Shown in pieces: positions 45,705-50,122 of a stretch of 50,122 bases of DNA; within the stretch, counting starts at the first letter, position 1; every line of letters begins with the position of its first letter. The DNA comes from a virus (taxonomy: Duplodnaviria; Caudoviricetes), in IMG/VR virus record IMGVR_UViG_3300031673_000076, positions 1-50,122 of that record; one strand, 5' to 3'. Below the pieces are notes generated by a model. The model saw only the letters and a list, made by a program, of their open reading frames with translations, did no database searches and was not told the origin of the DNA. Both the position numbers and the translations under genes were made by a program.

Positions 45705-45925
45705 TCCCTCTTTAATAAATCCTTTACATCATTTTTTATCTCTGTAATATCCGACTTCATGGAGTTCAGTTGAGCCAGAATACCCGAATGCTCCGAACAG
45801 AATGGGGGTGGATCACACTTCTCAGGTGGATCGGCTTTACCGTTTCTTTTGATAAGAGCGACAACAATGACTGCGGAAGCTCCTATGATTCCAGAGGTTA
45901 TGACGGCTGCAAGTTCGGGACTCAT
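45701..45925 (-). CDS. Single-pass membrane protein with coiled coil (holin/antiholin-like)
   Basis: N-terminal TM helix; C..H...I.EIK.DVK.LL. Confidence 0.6.
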   Translation of the reverse strand: MSPELAAVITSGIIGASAVIVVALIKRNGKADPPEKCDPPPFCSEHSGILAQLNSMKSDITEIKNDVKDLLKRE

Positions 45926-46113
45926 TTTTCACTCTCTTCTTCGGGTTTTATGGGTGTAACGGTCTCATTCTGTATTGTTCCCAGTAACTCTTTCAAGGCA
46001 AGATGCTTATTGGATAGTGCCATATCCCGTTGCTGTAAAGCATAGATATTCGCCTTGGTTTGCATGAGTTCGGTTTCAATGGCGATCATTTGTTTCAAGA
46101 TAAGGTCTGTCAT
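45922..46113 (-). CDS. Small coiled-coil protein
   Basis: Translationally coupled ORF. Confidence 0.55.
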   Translation of the reverse strand: MTDLILKQMIAIETELMQTKANIYALQQRDMALSNKHLALKELLGTIQNETVTPIKPEEESEK

Positions 46114-46259
46114 AATTCCCCCTCTAAGTTATAATCCACCCATTCAGTTCCATCATACCAGATATAACCAACTTCTACATGAGGATCATCCCCATCATAT
46201 TCCCAACCATTACATTGAGCGTACTGCATCATAATTATAAATAATAAATATTTCCACAT
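46110..46259 (-). CDS. 49-aa peptide with hydrophobic N-terminus
   Basis: Manual translation MWKYLLFIIMMQYAQCNGWE...EGEL*; RBS and ATGA coupling. Confidence 0.45.
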   Translation of the reverse strand: MWKYLLFIIMMQYAQCNGWEYDGDDPHVEVGYIWYDGTEWVDYNLEGEL

Positions 46260-46272
46260 TTATCCCACCTTT

Positions 46273-49200
46273 CTAAGTTGCAATCAATCCATGTGTACGG
46301 CAGGCAGCGAGTAAATCATTGAGCCTCAATATCACTGAGGTAGCATCGGTAGCATTGGCGATTGCCGCCCCCTGTGCACCGACAACCTTATTGGCACCGA
46401 CGTAGTAACTTGGCGTTAATATTCCATCATGACGTATTATGGTTGTATATGTACCATCAAAAAGAAATACGCAACCTCCTATACCAGTGGTCATTGCTAC
46501 TAATCCTGGCGGATTTCCTGCTGGACACGCATCCACTAAACCACACAATTCATTATCACTTGCATCAATTATGCCGATTGCATCATTAACCGTATCCATG
46601 ACGGCTCTCGTATTCCCGGCTGGGGAAGTTTGTATTCGCCTTCCTGTCAACGTCCCTGCCGTAATATCATCAGCTGTCAATGCACCCCGTACCGTAAGCG
46701 TTGTCCCATTCCACGAAACATAATTGTTTGCATCACCGGTGAAATAAAACTTACCATCAGAACCGATATACGATTGCCATGCCGCCCCACTGTGATAACC
46801 GAGATGTGTGGCATCACAGTATAATCCTGCACCTGATGGTGTTGCTGGCAAGTATTGAATTTGATAAGCGGTATTGGCACTTGTCTGGTCGGCATTCGGA
46901 TCAGTACACTTCGCCTCAGTACGGGCTACAACAATTGTCCCTGTAGTGATGAATCCACCATTAATCGTAGTCTGACCATAGGTGAATGAAATTGCACGTA
47001 TCGTGCCGACAACGGAATGAAGCACCCCAACCAAGAAATAGTAATACGTGGGATCGGCGTCCACCTGTCTGGCAATCGAGTCCAGCACAATCATGTTATT
47101 GACATTCGTGTAGTCTGTCTTGTGGCATTTCGCATAAATGTAATAGACAGTCGTATCGGTCAATGTAGTATAATCATTGACAAACAGTGTCCATGTCAGG
47201 ATTCCTGCGGGGTCAATCGTGAAATGAGACAGGTATCCGGCGCTTGCGTGGAACTTCGCCTTGCTACCGAGATAATTCGGCTCCACGATAACATTCTTGA
47301 GATAGAACTGCCCGGACTTGTTTCCCACCGAGAGCATACTGGTTTCTATTGACAGAGGTCGTATATTCCCTGTATCAAAGTAATCGTCGGGGTCGAATAT
47401 GACGCTCCGCAGTTCCTCAGTAGTGCACCAGTTACGGCGGTGAGTCAGTATATCACCAACTTTGTCAAGTTCAATCTTCCGAACTACGTTAAGGTTATCG
47501 GCATAAAGTCGCTGAATAAGTTGAACCTCATAATTATCGGAGAGTTCAACCGTGTATTTGTAAGGATTCATTAATTGCTGGGTCAGATAGACGATTCTTG
47601 TCAGAACATTAGTTCCCAAGTCAGTATCAACAACCCTGATAAAATCGCCTATCTTGAGTGAGATACTGTTTGTCTTGAGGTATTTCCAGTCCAGAGCGAG
47701 AGTGTAATTGACACGGGGACTGGAGTTCTCATCCAGATATGCCAGCGCCTTTGTTTTCAGTTCATCTTCGGCTGCCGTGATATATGCCGCCGGCATCTTA
47801 ATATCGAGCAATTTATAGGTATCATTGACAGCGGGTTTCAATGTGGCATTTGGTATTTCAAAGTCTTGCCGGTCTTTTGATACTTTAATGGTGAAATCAC
47901 CGCCGGGATTGTTCCACACAAATGAAACGACCTCACATTCATATCCCGCACAATCCCCTGTCTGGAAATGAATCTTTGGAGCAACCCCGTCAAGCCAATA
48001 GGTGTTCAAGTCAAAATCAATCACATTATCAGTGAATTTCTTTATATCTGCACCATCAACGGCTGAAATCGTTCCTGTCCGAGTCGGGAATATCTCTTCA
48101 AAGATTTTAGTGAATTCAATTATACCATAGTTTGTAACATTTTTCTCAAGATAGCTCACCAATCCATCTATATAAGGAGTCATTACATCCCGTCTTTCAA
48201 TCTGCACGGCATCCCAGTAACATTCGCCGACTCCTCCGAGATAGACTGTTAATGATGTTTGCCCTGGCGCCGTTGTAATTGTCAAAGACAACCGTTCCCA
48301 TCTGCTCAAACTTTCTGCGGTTATTGACGGATATGAACCATTTATCTGAGTCATCATTCGTATTGACGTATAAGCAACTGAATACATATAACAGGAAAGG
48401 ACATAGGTGGTATTAGCCTCACATGCGATTGCCTGAGATGAACCATCATTAGTTCCACTTCCAATATGGTGATAAACATATGTTCCGAGGGGCACTGGCG
48501 TCCCGTCTGGCATAGTCGAAGGAAACGAAATCTCTTTTATTGAAACATCATCAATATAAAATGTAATAGAATTAGCACTATTTACCCAAATGGTTAATAA
48601 ATCACTTGTACCAGTATATTCATAAGTAGTTTCCACTATTACCCATGAACCTACTGTATTCTGGTTGGAAAGAGTAACATTATCGAACTGAATCCTTACC
48701 GAACCAGATACCAGACTTGATATATACATCCATAAAGTAATTTTATAAGTTTTCCCTACAATAAGTCCCGATATGTTTTGACCGACTCCATCGTATAAGG
48801 CAGTTCCCGTCTTCCAACTATATGTACCACTATGAGCTTGCTCATTACTTTGTTCACATATTACCGGAACGTTTTTTGGATCCCAATCACTATCGGCTTC
48901 CATAGTTCCATTTATAACGAGTTCTTTATCCCATTCCACAATTTCACGTGTGTCAGGCGTTCCCCATTGATCCCAGTTTGTGAAATCACCTGTTTCAAAG
49001 CCGGGATTGCCTAACAGGTTCTTGGTCGGTGTCGGCATCAGTCTCTTGCATATACAGTTTGGAACGCCCTCGATAGTTTTCGTATAGGTTGTGTCCAGAT
49101 TCTTTTCCGAACCGAAGGCGTACAGTCGTGTAACAATATTCTTATCACTGACAATATTCCGTGTGAAATTGAAAAGCCCTGTCCGATACTGTACGGTGAT

Positions 49201-49740
49201 CCCCATGTCAGAGCCGACCTTATCGGTGAATCGGATTTCCTTTCCCACAAAATAGAACTCGGCATTGAATTCATTGCTGAGCCGAACCAGAACCTCCGCA
49301 CAATTCTCACCGCTGAAATGCAGGAGTTTATAGCTCACATCAGTCTGGTCGCATGTTCCCTTTGTCCAGCCGGTGCCGACACGGTTCAGGTTTGTAACCA
49401 CGAGTGCAATAAAATCCTCGGCATCACCCACAAGGTCGAATTCGCTCATATTGTCCAGCATCATCTGTACTTTGGCGATGTCATAGTACTGGCTCTCAAA
49501 TGTCATTGTATATTCGTAGTTATTACTTGAGTTTTTGGTGACTATCGGGAGGGTATTCACATAGTATCGGATACCGTTATAGACGATGTAATCTCCAATG
49601 GCTATGTTGAGGATTTGACGGGATTCGCAGGCAGAATGAATGACGTTCTCTCCAAACAACCGTTGCTGCAAAATTGTCCGCTCATCAATATGGAATGAGC
49701 AGGTGACACCGCCGCTTCCTCTATAGATATTCAATTCCAT
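46273..49740 (-). CDS. Large tail tip/hub (Tal-like) host-specificity protein with inserted CBM4/9-like domains
   Basis: IGDYI.Y.G, IVTRLYAFGS.KNL, F.EIFP.R.G, F.TG..AGYE, A..YL.E...P.V.Y; carbohydrate-binding insert at ~49020-48170. Confidence 0.85.
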   Translation of the reverse strand: MELNIYRGSGGVTCSFHIDERTILQQRLFGENVIHSACESRQILNIAIGDYIVYNGIRYYVNTLPIVTKNSSNNYEYTMTFESQYYDIAKVQMMLDNMSEFDLVGDAEDFIALVVTNLNRVGTGWTKGTCDQTDVSYKLLHFSGENCAEVLVRLSNEFNAEFYFVGKEIRFTDKVGSDMGITVQYRTGLFNFTRNIVSDKNIVTRLYAFGSEKNLDTTYTKTIEGVPNCICKRLMPTPTKNLLGNPGFETGDFTNWDQWGTPDTREIVEWDKELVINGTMEADSDWDPKNVPVICEQSNEQAHSGTYSWKTGTALYDGVGQNISGLIVGKTYKITLWMYISSLVSGSVRIQFDNVTLSNQNTVGSWVIVETTYEYTGTSDLLTIWVNSANSITFYIDDVSIKEISFPSTMPDGTPVPLGTYVYHHIGSGTNDGSSQAIACEANTTYVLSCYMYSVAYTSIRMMTQINGSYPSITAESLSRWERLSLTITTAPGQTSLTVYLGGVGECYWDAVQIERRDVMTPYIDGLVSYLEKNVTNYGIIEFTKIFEEIFPTRTGTISAVDGADIKKFTDNVIDFDLNTYWLDGVAPKIHFQTGDCAGYECEVVSFVWNNPGGDFTIKVSKDRQDFEIPNATLKPAVNDTYKLLDIKMPAAYITAAEDELKTKALAYLDENSSPRVNYTLALDWKYLKTNSISLKIGDFIRVVDTDLGTNVLTRIVYLTQQLMNPYKYTVELSDNYEVQLIQRLYADNLNVVRKIELDKVGDILTHRRNWCTTEELRSVIFDPDDYFDTGNIRPLSIETSMLSVGNKSGQFYLKNVIVEPNYLGSKAKFHASAGYLSHFTIDPAGILTWTLFVNDYTTLTDTTVYYIYAKCHKTDYTNVNNMIVLDSIARQVDADPTYYYFLVGVLHSVVGTIRAISFTYGQTTINGGFITTGTIVVARTEAKCTDPNADQTSANTAYQIQYLPATPSGAGLYCDATHLGYHSGAAWQSYIGSDGKFYFTGDANNYVSWNGTTLTVRGALTADDITAGTLTGRRIQTSPAGNTRAVMDTVNDAIGIIDASDNELCGLVDACPAGNPPGLVAMTTGIGGCVFLFDGTYTTIIRHDGILTPSYYVGANKVVGAQGAAIANATDATSVILRLNDLLAACRTHGLIAT

Positions 49741-49986
49741 TAATAACCCCTTATAATCCCGTGTGTTATTTCCTCACCGGCGACCGTGAGATGATTACGG
49801 GTATACAATTTTATCAGTTCCGAACCAGATACGTAAAAGATACTTGGGAAAAATAAACCTGAATTCAAAACTGAATTAGATAAACCACTCAATTGTACAT
49901 CTCTTGAAATCAATAAATCTGATAATAATTCAGAATTGGAGACAGATGAAACACCAATCTTAGCTGTTGTCAGTGATAACAAAGAT
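49740..49986 (-). CDS. 3' part of the junction-spanning virion protein
   Basis: In-frame continuation; 873 nt in total; its stop overlaps the ATG of the large tail gene (TAATG). Confidence 0.8.
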
Positions 49987-50122
49987 GTCAATATAGCATC
50001 TGATATGCCCGAAACATCCACAGGTGGAGGAGGTGCAGTATAGGTTATTGACAGATAAGGTTCATTGCCAGCGGTTTCGGAGGAATTAAATGCGCAATAT
50101 TCATCATACGTTAGTACGGAAT
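49987..50122. repeat. Terminal overlap copy 2 (circular assembly)
   Basis: Matches 1-136 with a single mismatch. Confidence 0.95.

Noticed and set aside
1-50122. Stop-codon reassignment
   Set aside because: Core genes are full length in the standard code, and the gaps I checked hold short ORFs with their own RBS

Overview
The window is an apparently complete, circularly assembled temperate siphovirus-like phage genome of about 49,986 bp; bases 1-136 recur at 49987-50122 with one mismatch. Almost all genes lie on the minus strand: an early operon (cro-like, xis-like, nucleotidyltransferase, MT-A70 methylase, YqaJ/RecT, replication initiator, DUF5131, RusA), packaging and head genes, tail genes, a receptor-binding cluster and lysis genes. 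A short plus-strand cI-to-integrase operon ends at an attP containing the 3' half of a tRNA-Leu(UAA). Four features stand out. (1) An HNH endonuclease faces the integrase across attP and carries a 67%-identical copy of the integrase's own N-terminal arm-binding domain. (2) tRNA-like elements with conserved ends but replaced interiors punctuate small early genes. (3) A GT2-TPR, a GT4 and a SAM methyltransferase are embedded in the head and tail operons, suggesting virion glycosylation. (4) A roughly 85-nt antisense sRNA with its own promoter and terminator sits in the head module. Family assignments come from motif recognition and synteny only; no searches were run.
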